A DNA stretch of 29,564 bases, from positions 1 through 29,564 of the forward strand of contig JBFRWN010000008.1 of the NCBI GenBank assembly GCA_051439605.1, given 5' to 3'. The DNA comes from Synechococcus sp. Lineage in GTDB: Bacteria > Cyanobacteriota > Cyanobacteriia > Thermostichales > PCC-7336. The notes under the pieces were generated by a model. The model made no database searches. It had not been told where the DNA came from and saw only the letters and a list, made by a program, of their open reading frames with translations. How positions within the stretch are numbered: the first letter of the stretch is position 1; each line of letters starts with the position of its first letter. The translations under genes were made by a program, and so were the position numbers. Of the stretch, positions 1 through 9,195 are shown piece after piece.

Positions 1-266
1 CCAATGGCGATCGCCGGAAAGGCAAACGGCCCCAGCATCACCCCCAACAAGCCATTCAGGATGAGATGAACGCTGGCGGGGGGAATGGGAATGTGAATCC
101 AGGAGGCCACAAAAAATGCTGCGGTCAGCAACGACGCCTTAGGAACAGAAGCTTGGGGGTTGGGAAGCTGGCTAATCTGTCGTAAAGACAGCCACAGCGT
201 TGCGCCCGCAACGGCATAGCCCCCCAGCCAGACAGGGGCTGGTAAAAACCCATCGGGGATATGCAT
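1..266 (-). CDS. nikM: Ni/Co ECF transporter substrate-specific component, NikM/CbiM family (5' part; runs off the window)
   Basis: Not in the ORF track. Manual translation from ATG at 266 gives MHIPDGFLPSPCLAGGYAVAGATLWLSLRQ...PKASLLTAAFFVASWIHIPIPPASVHLILNGLLGVMLG. The MHIPDG N-terminus is the NikM-type signature (CbiM usually starts MHIMEG). The start overlaps the upstream stop (TAATG). Confidence 0.9.
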   Translation of the reverse strand, partial: MHIPDGFLPAPVWLGGYAVAGATLWLSLRQISQLPNPQASVPKASLLTAAFFVASWIHIPIPPASVHLILNGLLGVMLGPFAFPAIAI

Positions 267-772
267 TAGGGTGCAGCCCCCCGCTTGAAGTAGAGAGCTG
301 TACCCAGACATCCCCAAGCAAACAGCCCGCCCATGAATGCTTTTTGAGCAGTCGAGAAATACCCGCCTGCAGTTGGGGCAGGGCTGGCCCAGGATATTGC
401 TGAGCGAGCTGATTCAGGATGATGGACGGACTCAGACGCGGCTGCTTTGGTCTCTAGGGGAATGGTGAGGATGTCTCCGTGACCCGCCTGCCGCACTTGA
501 ATTTCCCACGTCCCCGGTTGGTTCGGGTCGGGAACAAAGGCAAAATTACCGGCGGGATCTGTCGTGCCAGTCAACCAAGGGGTTTGGGGATCGTCAGGGG
601 AGAACACCGAAACCTGAGCCGCCCCCATCGGTTCCCCCGACTCAAATCTGGCCTGCACCTGCAACGCTTCGGCGGCACCGTAGGTCACCTGTACGCCATG
701 CCCCTGCACCGCAGGGGCGATCGCTAACATGCCAATACTCAGACTCAATGCCGTCCAGCCATTTATCCCCAC
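266..772 (-). CDS. NikL/CbiL-like accessory component of the Ni/Co ECF transporter (signal peptide, beta-sandwich, C-terminal TM helix)
   Basis: Signal peptide ending AVQG followed by His, motifs GEPMxxAQVSVFSP, GTTDxxGxFxFVP and AGHG, a hydrophobic C-terminal helix, and translational coupling to nikM. Confidence 0.75.
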   Translation of the reverse strand: MGINGWTALSLSIGMLAIAPAVQGHGVQVTYGAAEALQVQARFESGEPMGAAQVSVFSPDDPQTPWLTGTTDPAGNFAFVPDPNQPGTWEIQVRQAGHGDILTIPLETKAAASESVHHPESARSAISWASPAPTAGGYFSTAQKAFMGGLFAWGCLGTALYFKRGAAP

Positions 773-921
773 TAGGCACGTAACTCCCTGTCAAAACGTT
801 GTTTCTCGTTTTTCGTCACCCTGAATCTTTCAGCCTGTAGTTAATGGGTTGATTGACTTAGCACAAAACCAGGCTGTGGAAGGACTACAGGCGATGGTGT
901 CACAATTTGAACGCCGATGAA

Positions 922-938
922 ATACCCCCCTAGGGCAT
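922..938. promoter_or_regulatory. Candidate CsoR/RcnR-family (InrS-like) operator, site 1
   Basis: ATACCCCCCTAGGGCAT: C-tract/G-tract pseudo-palindrome with AT-rich flanks, upstream of a Ni/Co transporter. Confidence 0.5.
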
Positions 939-1030
939 AGACTGGCAATCGTGACATGTCGCCAATCTGCTCAGAGCAAGTCCACAATTTGTTGCAATAC
1001 TTATGAAGATTGCCAATGGTTTTGGCCTGA

Positions 1031-1049
1031 ATATCCCCCAAGGGGGCAT
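1031..1049. promoter_or_regulatory. Candidate CsoR/RcnR-family (InrS-like) operator, site 2
   Basis: ATATCCCCCAAGGGGGCAT: C5-AA-G5 palindrome with AT flanks, the same architecture as site 1. Confidence 0.5.
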
Positions 1050-1189
1050 TGAATTTCTATCGTTTTTTAAATAGGGGAATTTGGCGATCGCTCACTGAGC
1101 TGAGGCTGCTTCCACGTCAGTTTGACAATGGAGGTATTCAACTGGAAGAACTCGCTACAATGCCAGTTGAATTGCATCCAGAGCGAACC

Positions 1190-2371
1190 ATGCAGTATCG
1201 CCGTTTCGGACGGACTGAATTACCCATGCCAGTATTTAGCTGTGGTGGGATGCGCTATCAGCACAAATGGCAAGATATCAGTCCGGCGGATGTCCCCGAG
1301 GAAGGGCAAAAAAATTTGGAAGCTACCATCCGGCGATCGCTAGAGTTGGGCATTACCCACATTGAAACGGCGCGTGGCTACGGTTCATCGGAAATGCAGT
1401 TGGGCTTCGTTTTGCCTAAACTGCCTCGACGGGAGCTCATTGTTCAAACCAAGGTGGGCCCTTCCCCGTTCCCAAATCAGTTTCGAGACACCTTCGAAAA
1501 ATCCCTCAGCTACCTTCAGCTGGATTACGTGGACCTGCTGGGTATTCACGGCATCAACACCCCAGACCACATCGAGCTAACCTTGCGTCCAGGGGGCTGT
1601 ATGGATGTGGCCAGACAACTGGTGAAGGAGGGCAAAGTACGGCATGTGGGCTTTTCCACCCACGGCCCCTGCGACGTGATTTTGCAGGCGATTAATTCCG
1701 GGCGATTTGATTACGTCAATTTGCATTGGTATTACATCAACCAAACCAACTGGCCGGCGATCGCTGCTGCCACCGAACAGGATATGGGGGTATTTATCAT
1801 CAGCCCCTCCGATAAAGGAGGTCGTTTGTACAGTCCTCCCCAGCGGTTAGTGGATTTGTGCCGCCCCCTAAGCCCGATGGTGTTTAACGATCTGTTTTGT
1901 TTGTCACACCCGCAAGTGCATACTCTCAGTTTGGGGGCGGCACGGCCTAGCGATTTTGACGAACACATGAACGTGCTGCCGCTGTTAGACAAGGCTGATG
2001 AGGTCCTACCCGACATTTTGGACCGCCTGCATCAGCGCATGATAGATACCTTTGGACGGGAATGGGTGGACAGCTGGCAAGAGGGACTTCCCAGCCACGA
2101 GGATACGCCAGGGGGCATGAATATTCCCACGATTTTGTGGCTGCGTAACCTGGCATTGGCCTACGACATGGTGGAGTATGGCAAGGCCCGCTATAACCTG
2201 CTGACGAATGCCGGTCATTGGTTCCCAGGGGGCAAGGCAGAGAATGTCTCCGCCCAAAAGCTGGCTGGGTGTTTAGCCCACAGCCCCCACCGCGATCGCA
2301 TTCCGGGATATTTACAAGAGGCTCATGAATTACTGAAAGGGGAACAAGTGCAGCGACTCTCCCAAAGTTAG
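1190..2371 (+). CDS. Aldo/keto reductase family oxidoreductase
   Basis: MQYRRFGRT, FSCGGMR, HIETARGYGSSE, IVQTKV, SLSYLQLDYVDLLGIHG and VRHVGFSTHG are AKR motifs. Start is probably ATG 1190 (or 1160), not TTG 1049. Confidence 0.9.
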   Translation: MQYRRFGRTELPMPVFSCGGMRYQHKWQDISPADVPEEGQKNLEATIRRSLELGITHIETARGYGSSEMQLGFVLPKLPRRELIVQTKVGPSPFPNQFRDTFEKSLSYLQLDYVDLLGIHGINTPDHIELTLRPGGCMDVARQLVKEGKVRHVGFSTHGPCDVILQAINSGRFDYVNLHWYYINQTNWPAIAAATEQDMGVFIISPSDKGGRLYSPPQRLVDLCRPLSPMVFNDLFCLSHPQVHTLSLGAARPSDFDEHMNVLPLLDKADEVLPDILDRLHQRMIDTFGREWVDSWQEGLPSHEDTPGGMNIPTILWLRNLALAYDMVEYGKARYNLLTNAGHWFPGGKAENVSAQKLAGCLAHSPHRDRIPGYLQEAHELLKGEQVQRLSQS

Positions 2372-2510
2372 CGGCTACGGTTGACTCGATCGATTAGGCG
2401 ATAAATACAAGCTGCTAATGGGGTGACTCGACGAGAATTGTGGGAATTGTCTCTATTTCAGGTGCCGAATCCACATACCGACTAGATGATATTACCGCCA
2501 TCTCCTCAAA

Positions 2511-2900
2511 CTACAGCAGTTTTTCAAACCGCTTGCGCAGGCGCTCCAGCTCGGTATCGCTGATCTCGGTTTCCTGTGCTCGCGGAGGCTCTACCGCTTG
2601 CCCCTCGTTATCTAGCTCCCAATCTTCTTCAGCCACATTACTTTCTGGGGGAACGATTAAATCTTCTGGGGTAACCAGCTTGTACTCGTAGCCTGCTCCG
2701 TCGCAAAACCCTTTAATTTCTTCATCATCGAGCGCCTCCACGGTTAATGGGGGGAAATCTTGTGCCTCCAGCATCATGCCGAAGCGGGTGGCATCGTCCT
2801 CTTGTTCGAACATCAACACCGTATTGACATCCCCTTTTTTGAGGGTGTGAATCCCCTCGCTATCGGTACCGGAGTTAAACAGCAGAACAAAGACTCGCAT
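2511..2900 (-). CDS. DUF3110 family cyanobacterial protein
   Basis: MRVFVLLFN..GTDSEGIHTL, VLMFEQEDDATRF..MLEAQDFP, and C-terminal LERLRKRFEKLL. Start placed at ATG 2900. Confidence 0.85.
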   Translation of the reverse strand: MRVFVLLFNSGTDSEGIHTLKKGDVNTVLMFEQEDDATRFGMMLEAQDFPPLTVEALDDEEIKGFCDGAGYEYKLVTPEDLIVPPESNVAEEDWELDNEGQAVEPPRAQETEISDTELERLRKRFEKLL

Positions 2901-2994
2901 AACGGAAAACTGGGTTTGATGACCATTGGTTTGCATTGTAAGGATTCCCCTCGATCGAGGCTATATCCGCAGCACTCTTTGAAGGGTAGGGGAT

Positions 2995-3762
2995 TCATTC
3001 AAGTTGCAAGGCTTCGCGCCAGTCGGGATGGATGGGCTGTGGCAGCAGATCCGCTTGAAATGCGGCGATGTCGTATTGAGGGGGATTGGCGATTGCCTTG
3101 GTGAAGGTGGGGGGGTCAATTCCTAACGAGTGACAAGCGGCGGTGTAGTAGTCCTGGCGAGTGGGAGAAGGCAGAGTGATGCCGATGTAGGTGGCGGCAG
3201 GGTTGGGTATCTCAAGGGCCTTGACGGTGGCGATCGCCGCATCATCGTAATGAATTAGTGCCAATACCTTGTTGGGGGGGCCGGAGGGAACAGTACGTCG
3301 ACGGGCCAGCGGAGTGATGGGGCCGCGTCCGGGGCGGTGTAATCCTCCGAAGCGAATCACGATTCCAGCTAGTCCTGCCCACTGACGGAAGTCTTCTTCT
3401 GTTGTAGCAATTTTTTGGGGGCGATCTTCGGGGCCAGGAGGGGTGTCTGGAGTGATAACTCCTTGGGCATTGGGGCCGTAGTAGCCAGTGGAGCTAATGA
3501 GGACGGCTCGCTGTGGGGCTGGGGTGTCTATCAAGTGCGAGATCGCCTCTCTTTGGGCGGCGTAACCAGGGAGCGCCAGCAAAAAGGTGTCATCGGGTTG
3601 CAAAACATCCGCAGCGCTTCCCAGTCGGGCCTCGACTCCCATGGCTTGCAGAGTGGAATGGCGGTTAAGAGTTTTCGTAATCCCCACAACGGGGCCGTGC
3701 TTCCAGAGGTGAGCAACTCGGCCACCTAACTCTCCCGCCCCCCAAATCACCAATCGGCCCAT
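2995..3762 (-). CDS. Atypical SDR / NAD(P)-dependent epimerase-like protein
   Basis: N-terminal Rossmann motif IWGAGELGGRVA, plus ISSTGYYG, IRFGGLHRPGR and IHYDDAA. Confidence 0.8.
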   Translation of the reverse strand: MGRLVIWGAGELGGRVAHLWKHGPVVGITKTLNRHSTLQAMGVEARLGSAADVLQPDDTFLLALPGYAAQREAISHLIDTPAPQRAVLISSTGYYGPNAQGVITPDTPPGPEDRPQKIATTEEDFRQWAGLAGIVIRFGGLHRPGRGPITPLARRRTVPSGPPNKVLALIHYDDAAIATVKALEIPNPAATYIGITLPSPTRQDYYTAACHSLGIDPPTFTKAIANPPQYDIAAFQADLLPQPIHPDWREALQLE

Positions 3763-3819
3763 GCTGCGTCCCCGTGCTTACCGGCATTTAGACTACACCG
3801 GCGTTCGATCTCGCACAAT

Positions 3820-4500
3820 TCATTTCACGCCAGTTGGGGCTAGCCATTGCTCCAATTCCATTTCTCGGGCTTCTAGGTCAAAAACCGTTTGGAAGGCGCG
3901 AACGATTGCCGGCTGCACGTCTGCCATCGCGATCCCTGGCACGAGCTGTTCCAGACTGCCGACGGGGCGATCGCCGATGCCGCAAGGGACGATGCGGGAA
4001 AAGTGCACCAGATTGGGGCAGACATTGAACGAAAATCCGTGCCAGCTAATCCATTTTGTGGAGCGGATGCCGATGGCTCCTAGCTTAGCGCCGTTGACCC
4101 AGACTCCGGTTAAGCCTTCGATTCGTTCCCCTTTTACGTTGAATGTGGCCAGGGTTTCGATCAGGACTTGCTCCAGTTGGCGCATGTACCAGTGCAAATC
4201 CTGTTGGTGCCTGCGCAAGTTCAAAAGGGGGTAACCCACCCATTGGCCTGGGCCGTGGTAGGTAACTTCGCCACCCCGTTCGACGCGAAGGACTTCGTAT
4301 TCTGCGGTTTTGGGGTCGAATTTTAGGAATTCGGGGGTGGCTCCTTGGCCGAGGGTATAAACGTGGGGGTGGGAGAGGAGAAGCAAGGCGTCGGGGCGAT
4401 CGCTGGTGTACATGGTGGCTAGTCGTTGTTTTTGCCAGTTCCAGGCGGTGCGGTAGGGGACAGTGCCGGGGAGACAGAGTTCGAGGGGTTGGGTTGCCAT
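3820..4500 (-). CDS. lipB: Lipoyl(octanoyl) transferase
   Basis: HPHVYTLG, RGGEVTYHGPGQWVGYP, KLGAIGI, HGFSFNV and IVPCGI motifs. Confidence 0.96.
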   Translation of the reverse strand: MATQPLELCLPGTVPYRTAWNWQKQRLATMYTSDRPDALLLLSHPHVYTLGQGATPEFLKFDPKTAEYEVLRVERGGEVTYHGPGQWVGYPLLNLRRHQQDLHWYMRQLEQVLIETLATFNVKGERIEGLTGVWVNGAKLGAIGIRSTKWISWHGFSFNVCPNLVHFSRIVPCGIGDRPVGSLEQLVPGIAMADVQPAIVRAFQTVFDLEAREMELEQWLAPTGVK

Positions 4501-4629
4501 GCCAGAGTGGACAGGGGAGATTTCTGCAGCTTAGCGAAAAGTTGGAGGAGTGGAGAACCCACGGGTAACTGAGAGGGATGGGTGGAGTGTTTGGCAAGAA
4601 TATGGACGGGGTTTCTGTGATTTCTGCCC

Positions 4630-5394
4630 TTATCCGAGCAAAGCTAAGGCTTGTTGACCTGCACCTAATAGTTCGCGCTGCTGCCAGAGGAGGGTGGTGC
4701 CGGCTAGAAAGATAAATGCAAAGGCTAGTTTGCGGAAGCTTGCGTCATTCATGCGGGCCAATACTATTCGTCCCAGCCAATTACCGGGGAAGGCGGCTAA
4801 GCCGATCGCCAGACCGTAGCTCCAGTACTCTCGGGTCATCACCCCAAACGCGCAGTAGAAGGCGATTTTGACGGTGTGCATAAATACTTGATTGGCAGCT
4901 TTGGTGGCAATCATTGTTTCTTTTGAGAGGCCATATCCCAAATACATTGCGTTGAGCAACGGGCCTGCACTGCCTACCAAGCCTGACAAACAGGAATACC
5001 CGATTCCTGCTGGCAGAAAATACCAACTTTGCACCTTCGAGGGTTTGGGGTCATCACTCTCAAACATGCCGAGGGCAGACACTATTAACACTGACCCTAG
5101 CAATAGACCCACCCATTCTGTTTGCACTTTGGAAATTGCCCAGGCTCCCAGGCAAGCGCCTAGGGAGGCTCCCGGTAAAAACCACGCGACTACCCGGCGA
5201 TCGATGTCTTTCCAGTAGAGGGCAATACGCTGGCTGTTGCCCATCAACATGCCAATGGTGAGGACGGGGGCTACTGCTTGAACCCCCAAGAGATATCCCA
5301 CAAGGGGGATTAAGATCACAGGACTGCCACACCCTGTAATGGTACTGACTAACCAGCTGGTGCTACTCGCGATACATAACCAAGCAGAATCCAT
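4630..5394 (-). CDS. Sulfite exporter TauE/SafE family membrane protein
   Basis: About 250 aa polytopic protein with a duplicated STITGCGSPVILIP / SGLVGSAGPLLNA motif and GNWLGRIVLARM..FRKL. Confidence 0.85.
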   Translation of the reverse strand: MDSAWLCIASSTSWLVSTITGCGSPVILIPLVGYLLGVQAVAPVLTIGMLMGNSQRIALYWKDIDRRVVAWFLPGASLGACLGAWAISKVQTEWVGLLLGSVLIVSALGMFESDDPKPSKVQSWYFLPAGIGYSCLSGLVGSAGPLLNAMYLGYGLSKETMIATKAANQVFMHTVKIAFYCAFGVMTREYWSYGLAIGLAAFPGNWLGRIVLARMNDASFRKLAFAFIFLAGTTLLWQQRELLGAGQQALALLG

Positions 5395-5512
5395 TCGCCA
5401 GGGTTAACTGAACTTTAAGAGAAGGATAACAAACTGTTCTTGTGGATTGATATGCAATATGCAGATCCAGTCCTTTCACTGGAGATATTTCTGATTGGCA
5501 CCGTCAGATTGC

Positions 5513-5567
5513 GAGGGGGCGATCGCGCCCCCTCCCGCTCTCACGACCAAGGGACGAAGCGCGTCCC
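5513..5567. repeat. Two GC-rich hairpins (REP-like or terminator-like) between cax and the TauE gene
   Basis: GAGGGGGCG-atcg-CGCCCCCTC (5513-5534, 9-bp stem) and GGGACG-aagcg-CGTCCC (5551-5567). Confidence 0.5.
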
Positions 5568-5650
5568 AAGCCTCCTCACTTAATAAGTCCCTCCACGCTT
5601 GACTCAAGAGTATTTGGATACGTTTTTGTGGAATGAGTGAAGCGTCTCGT

Positions 5651-6850
5651 TTAGCCCAGTCCGGCGATTTCGGGATGGAAGTAGAAGGAGAGGGCGAGGA
5701 CGGTGTAGGTGCTGAGAAGGAGGATGCCTTCTAGCCAGTTGGAGCGACCGTCGGAACTGATGGAGTTGGCGATCGCCACTGCGACGGCGACGGCAACGAG
5801 TTCGAATAGGTTGAAGTCGAGGTCCATGGGTTGTCCCATGAGCTGGCCCAAGATGACGAGGAGGGGGGCGACGAATAGGGCGATTTGGAGAGTGGAGCCG
5901 ACGGCGACGGAGATGGATAGCTCCATTTTGTTTTTCATGGCGACCGCTACGGCAGTGGCATGTTCGGCGGCGTTGCCGATGATGGGCAGAACGATGACAC
6001 CGGTGAATAGGGCGGTGAGCCCGAGCATCTCTGTAGCGGGTTCGAGGCTGGAAACTAACAGTTCGGATTCTACGGCGACTGCGAGGGTGCAGGCGAGCAG
6101 GATGCCCACCCACAGTTTGACGTTGACGGGGTCGTGGGTGTCTTCTGAGTGATGGTCCTCTTGTTCAGCTTCTGGGGCCTCTGCTGTTAATTCGCTGGTC
6201 CCCTCATTCACAACATTGAGGTCGTAGAGGTAGCTGTGGGTTTTCATGGAAAACAGTAGGGTCATGACGTAGACCACTATCAGCACGATTGCCACTGCAA
6301 CACAAAGATTTTCCATTACCGGCAGCGGTAGCCCGATGGAGGTTTCGTCTACGGCGGTGGGGATGAGGATGGCGATGACGGCCAGGGTCATGGCGGAGGC
6401 GTTGATGCGGGCGATGGTGGGTTGAAAGTGTTGCTCTTTAAACCGCAGACCTCCCAATAGCATGGCGATGCCCATCACAAGGAGGAGGTTGCCGATGATG
6501 GAGCCGGTGATGCTGGCTTTGACGACGTCTACCAGTCCGGCGCGCAGGGCGAAAACGGCGATGATCAGTTCTGTGGCGTTGCCGAAGGTGGCGTTGAGCA
6601 GTCCTCCCAGGAGGGGGCCTGCGGCGATCGCGATTTCTTCGGTGGCGGTGCCCATAAATCCTGCCAGAGGTAGGATAGCGAGTCCGGCAAAGATGAAGAT
6701 GGCGAGCTCTCCCCAATGGAAGAATTCGGCGGCGAGGGAGATGGGGACGAATAGTAGTAGAAGGCCAAAGACTTTGTTTTTGATGGAGAGGGTGGAGAGC
6801 ATAGGGGGCGATCGCGATCGAGACTGGGTACGCGTTGCCATTGTGCCCAC
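5651..6850 (-). CDS. cax: Calcium/proton exchanger (CaCA family)
   Basis: Alpha-1 repeat [13 protein letters not shown] and [10 protein letters not shown], alpha-2 repeat [11 protein letters not shown] and [21 protein letters not shown], and an acidic His-containing central loop. Start uncertain (6850, 6841 or 6802). Confidence 0.93.
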   Translation of the reverse strand: MGTMATRTQSRSRSPPMLSTLSIKNKVFGLLLLFVPISLAAEFFHWGELAIFIFAGLAILPLAGFMGTATEEIAIAAGPLLGGLLNATFGNATELIIAVFALRAGLVDVVKASITGSIIGNLLLVMGIAMLLGGLRFKEQHFQPTIARINASAMTLAVIAILIPTAVDETSIGLPLPVMENLCVAVAIVLIVVYVMTLLFSMKTHSYLYDLNVVNEGTSELTAEAPEAEQEDHHSEDTHDPVNVKLWVGILLACTLAVAVESELLVSSLEPATEMLGLTALFTGVIVLPIIGNAAEHATAVAVAMKNKMELSISVAVGSTLQIALFVAPLLVILGQLMGQPMDLDFNLFELVAVAVAVAIANSISSDGRSNWLEGILLLSTYTVLALSFYFHPEIAGLG

Positions 6851-7189
6851 AAGCGGAGGTGTCGCCTGCGATGCATTCAGTGTTGATTACATTTACCTAA
6901 CGGGCTTTGAGGATGACTTCGTCTGTCTTGGCAGAGAGTTTGAATGTGGCTAGCCCGAGAGCGGAGCGATTTATTTTAATGCTGCTGTTATTAAACAAAC
7001 GGAGCGGGTCTGGCGGTTAGCTGCTGCAGAGGCATGAATTTTACTGATGTAGCGCTCTGACATGGTGTGATGAGAATGCGCTTCCTTTTGTCATCGACCC
7101 ATAGAGTGAATGAGGATCGCTAATGGTGCAACTGCCCTCTATTCGAGAGGCTACTGATACAATTTCGGGGATACGAACCCCAGCAGTCT

Positions 7190-7768
7190 ATGAACGCCTC
7201 AGAAACTCCTGAGTTAACCCGCCAACAGGTTCTAGTCGCCATGGGGGTAACAGCGGTACTGCTCGGTGCGATCTCCAAACTGTGGTTGTGGCTGGGCAAC
7301 TTCTCCATCATCGGCGCTCGCTGGGACGCCAACCAAGCCTTGCTTGGAGTTGGCATCGGGTTGGCAGTCGTCGCCCTCAGTCGGGGACTCTACGCTATTT
7401 GGCCCCAATACCGCGCCTGCGCCGAACAATACATGACCACCATCGTGGCCCCCCTCGCTTGGCCCGACCTGATTTGGCTCGGCATCCTCCCCAGCCTCAG
7501 CGAAGAACTGTTATTTCGCGGCGTTGCCCTCGGCGCACTCGGGCTCACCCCACTTGCGATCGCCGCTACCAGCATCGCCTTCGGCAGCCTGCACCTCATG
7601 GACCTCAAACAATGGCCCTACGGCATTTGGGCGATGGCGATCGGTGCCATCTTCGGCTTCAGCCTGCTTTTCACCGGCAACCTCCTCGTCCCCGGCATCG
7701 CCCATCTAGTCGCCAATCTACTGTCCGGCTTCATCTGGAAACGTCATGTCACCCACAAAACTGCTTAA
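7190..7768 (+). CDS. CPBP (Abi/CAAX) family intramembrane metalloprotease
   Basis: SEELLFRG, FGSLH and AHLVAN motifs. Confidence 0.92.
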   Translation: MNASETPELTRQQVLVAMGVTAVLLGAISKLWLWLGNFSIIGARWDANQALLGVGIGLAVVALSRGLYAIWPQYRACAEQYMTTIVAPLAWPDLIWLGILPSLSEELLFRGVALGALGLTPLAIAATSIAFGSLHLMDLKQWPYGIWAMAIGAIFGFSLLFTGNLLVPGIAHLVANLLSGFIWKRHVTHKTA

Positions 7769-7793
7769 ACACCTATACACGCGAGTTTGATGA

Positions 7794-7816
7794 CCCTCTC
7801 CCGGCTCAGGAGAGGG
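7794..7816. repeat. Hairpin between convergent genes (terminator or small dispersed repeat)
   Basis: CCCTCTCC-cggctca-GGAGAGGG, 8-bp stem, 25 nt after the CPBP stop. Confidence 0.5.
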
Positions 7817-7896
7817 GAACAAAAGGGGCAGATGCCTATATTTCTCTCTAAGTACTCCCTTACTTTGCAGTAGGGGCCAATCAGTTGAACTGGCGT

Positions 7897-9063
7897 CTAT
7901 ACAACCTGCGCCGGAGACCCTGTCAGCATCAGCTGCACCAACGTATCCGCCAATCGGTAAATAGCCTCTTCAGTCGTTGCTTTTCCCATCGTCAGCCGCA
8001 TCGCCCCCAACGCCTGTAGCTCCGAAAATCCCATTGCCAACAGCGTTGGATTGGGCTGCAACTCTCCACTGCTGCAGGCGGACCCCGCACTCACCCCAAA
8101 TCCCGCTAGATTCAGCTGGGTCACCAGCCAAGTGCCCGTATGGCGATCGGTGCAATAGCTGAGGTGATGGGGCAGGCGCTCCTCCAAAGTCTTTGGCCCG
8201 GTGAGCACCAGACCGGGAATGCTGGCCAACGCCGCCACCAACCGATCCTGCAGCGATCGCAAGCGATCGGTTTCTGCCACCATCTCCTGCTGCGCTAATT
8301 CTGCAGCGACTCCAAACCCAGCGATCGCCGCCACCGCTTGAGTACCAGCCCGCAATCCATTCTCCTGTTTCCCCCCCAACGCAATTGGGGACAGCTCGAT
8401 GCCAGAACGCAGGTATAGCGCTCCCACCCCCTGCGGTCCGTACAGCTTGTGGCTGGACAGGGACAGCAAATCCACCCCCAGTTCATCAACATCCAGAGGT
8501 AACCGTCCAGCCGTTTGTACGCAATCGCTGTGGAACAACACCCCCGCCTCGCGGCACATCTCGGCCAACTCTGAAATGGGTTGAATGCTGCCCACTTCGC
8601 TCTGCCCGTGGATGACGGACACCAGCACGGTATCCGGCTGAATTGCATCTGCCAATACAAACGGAGACACCTGCCCCTGTTCGTTTACCGGCAGTCGGGT
8701 CACCTGCCATCCCGCCTCCTCTAGCAACAAAGCAGGTTTGGCGATCGCCGCATGCTCCACGCTAGAAATAATCAGATGTTGGGGACTATCAAACTGACGA
8801 GCCACCCCCATCAGGGCCAAATTGTCAGACTCGGTACCGCCAGAAGTAAATACGATCTGCTCTGCCGTCGCCCCAACCAGGGAAGCCACCCGCTGGCGGG
8901 CAATTTCAATGGCGATCGCCGCCCGCTGCCCCCACCCATGCAAGCTGGAGGGATTGCCCCAAGACTCAACCGCCGCCCGCTGAAAAGCCTCTAACGCCTC
9001 CGGTCGGGGCGGGGTAGTAGCGCTGTGATCGAAATACAGTGCGGGGTCAAGATCGCCCATCAA
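7897..9063 (-). CDS. Cysteine desulfurase (IscS/NifS group I)
   Basis: YFDHSATT, GNPSSLH, FTSGGTESDN, SSHKLYGPQGVG (PLP lysine) and SAGSACSS (catalytic Cys). Confidence 0.94.
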   Translation of the reverse strand: MMGDLDPALYFDHSATTPPRPEALEAFQRAAVESWGNPSSLHGWGQRAAIAIEIARQRVASLVGATAEQIVFTSGGTESDNLALMGVARQFDSPQHLIISSVEHAAIAKPALLLEEAGWQVTRLPVNEQGQVSPFVLADAIQPDTVLVSVIHGQSEVGSIQPISELAEMCREAGVLFHSDCVQTAGRLPLDVDELGVDLLSLSSHKLYGPQGVGALYLRSGIELSPIALGGKQENGLRAGTQAVAAIAGFGVAAELAQQEMVAETDRLRSLQDRLVAALASIPGLVLTGPKTLEERLPHHLSYCTDRHTGTWLVTQLNLAGFGVSAGSACSSGELQPNPTLLAMGFSELQALGAMRLTMGKATTEEAIYRLADTLVQLMLTGSPAQVV

Positions 9064-9195
9064 AACTTAACTATCCGTTCAAAATTTGGCTTCACCATCA
9101 TACCCAGCACTGCTGTCTGAGCGCTGTTGAGTTGTCATCTCTTCAATGTCAGCAAGCTGTATCCCCAATCAGCGTTCTGGATAACTGAGATGTCC

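Noticed and set aside
841..1041. 66-aa ORF in the nikL/AKR intergenic region
   Set aside because: No recognisable motif, TTG start, and it overlaps the probable promoter and operator sites.
773..1048. Cobalamin riboswitch upstream of the CbiM/NikM-family operon
   Set aside because: No B12-box or GGGAA...GCCACTG core on the minus strand.
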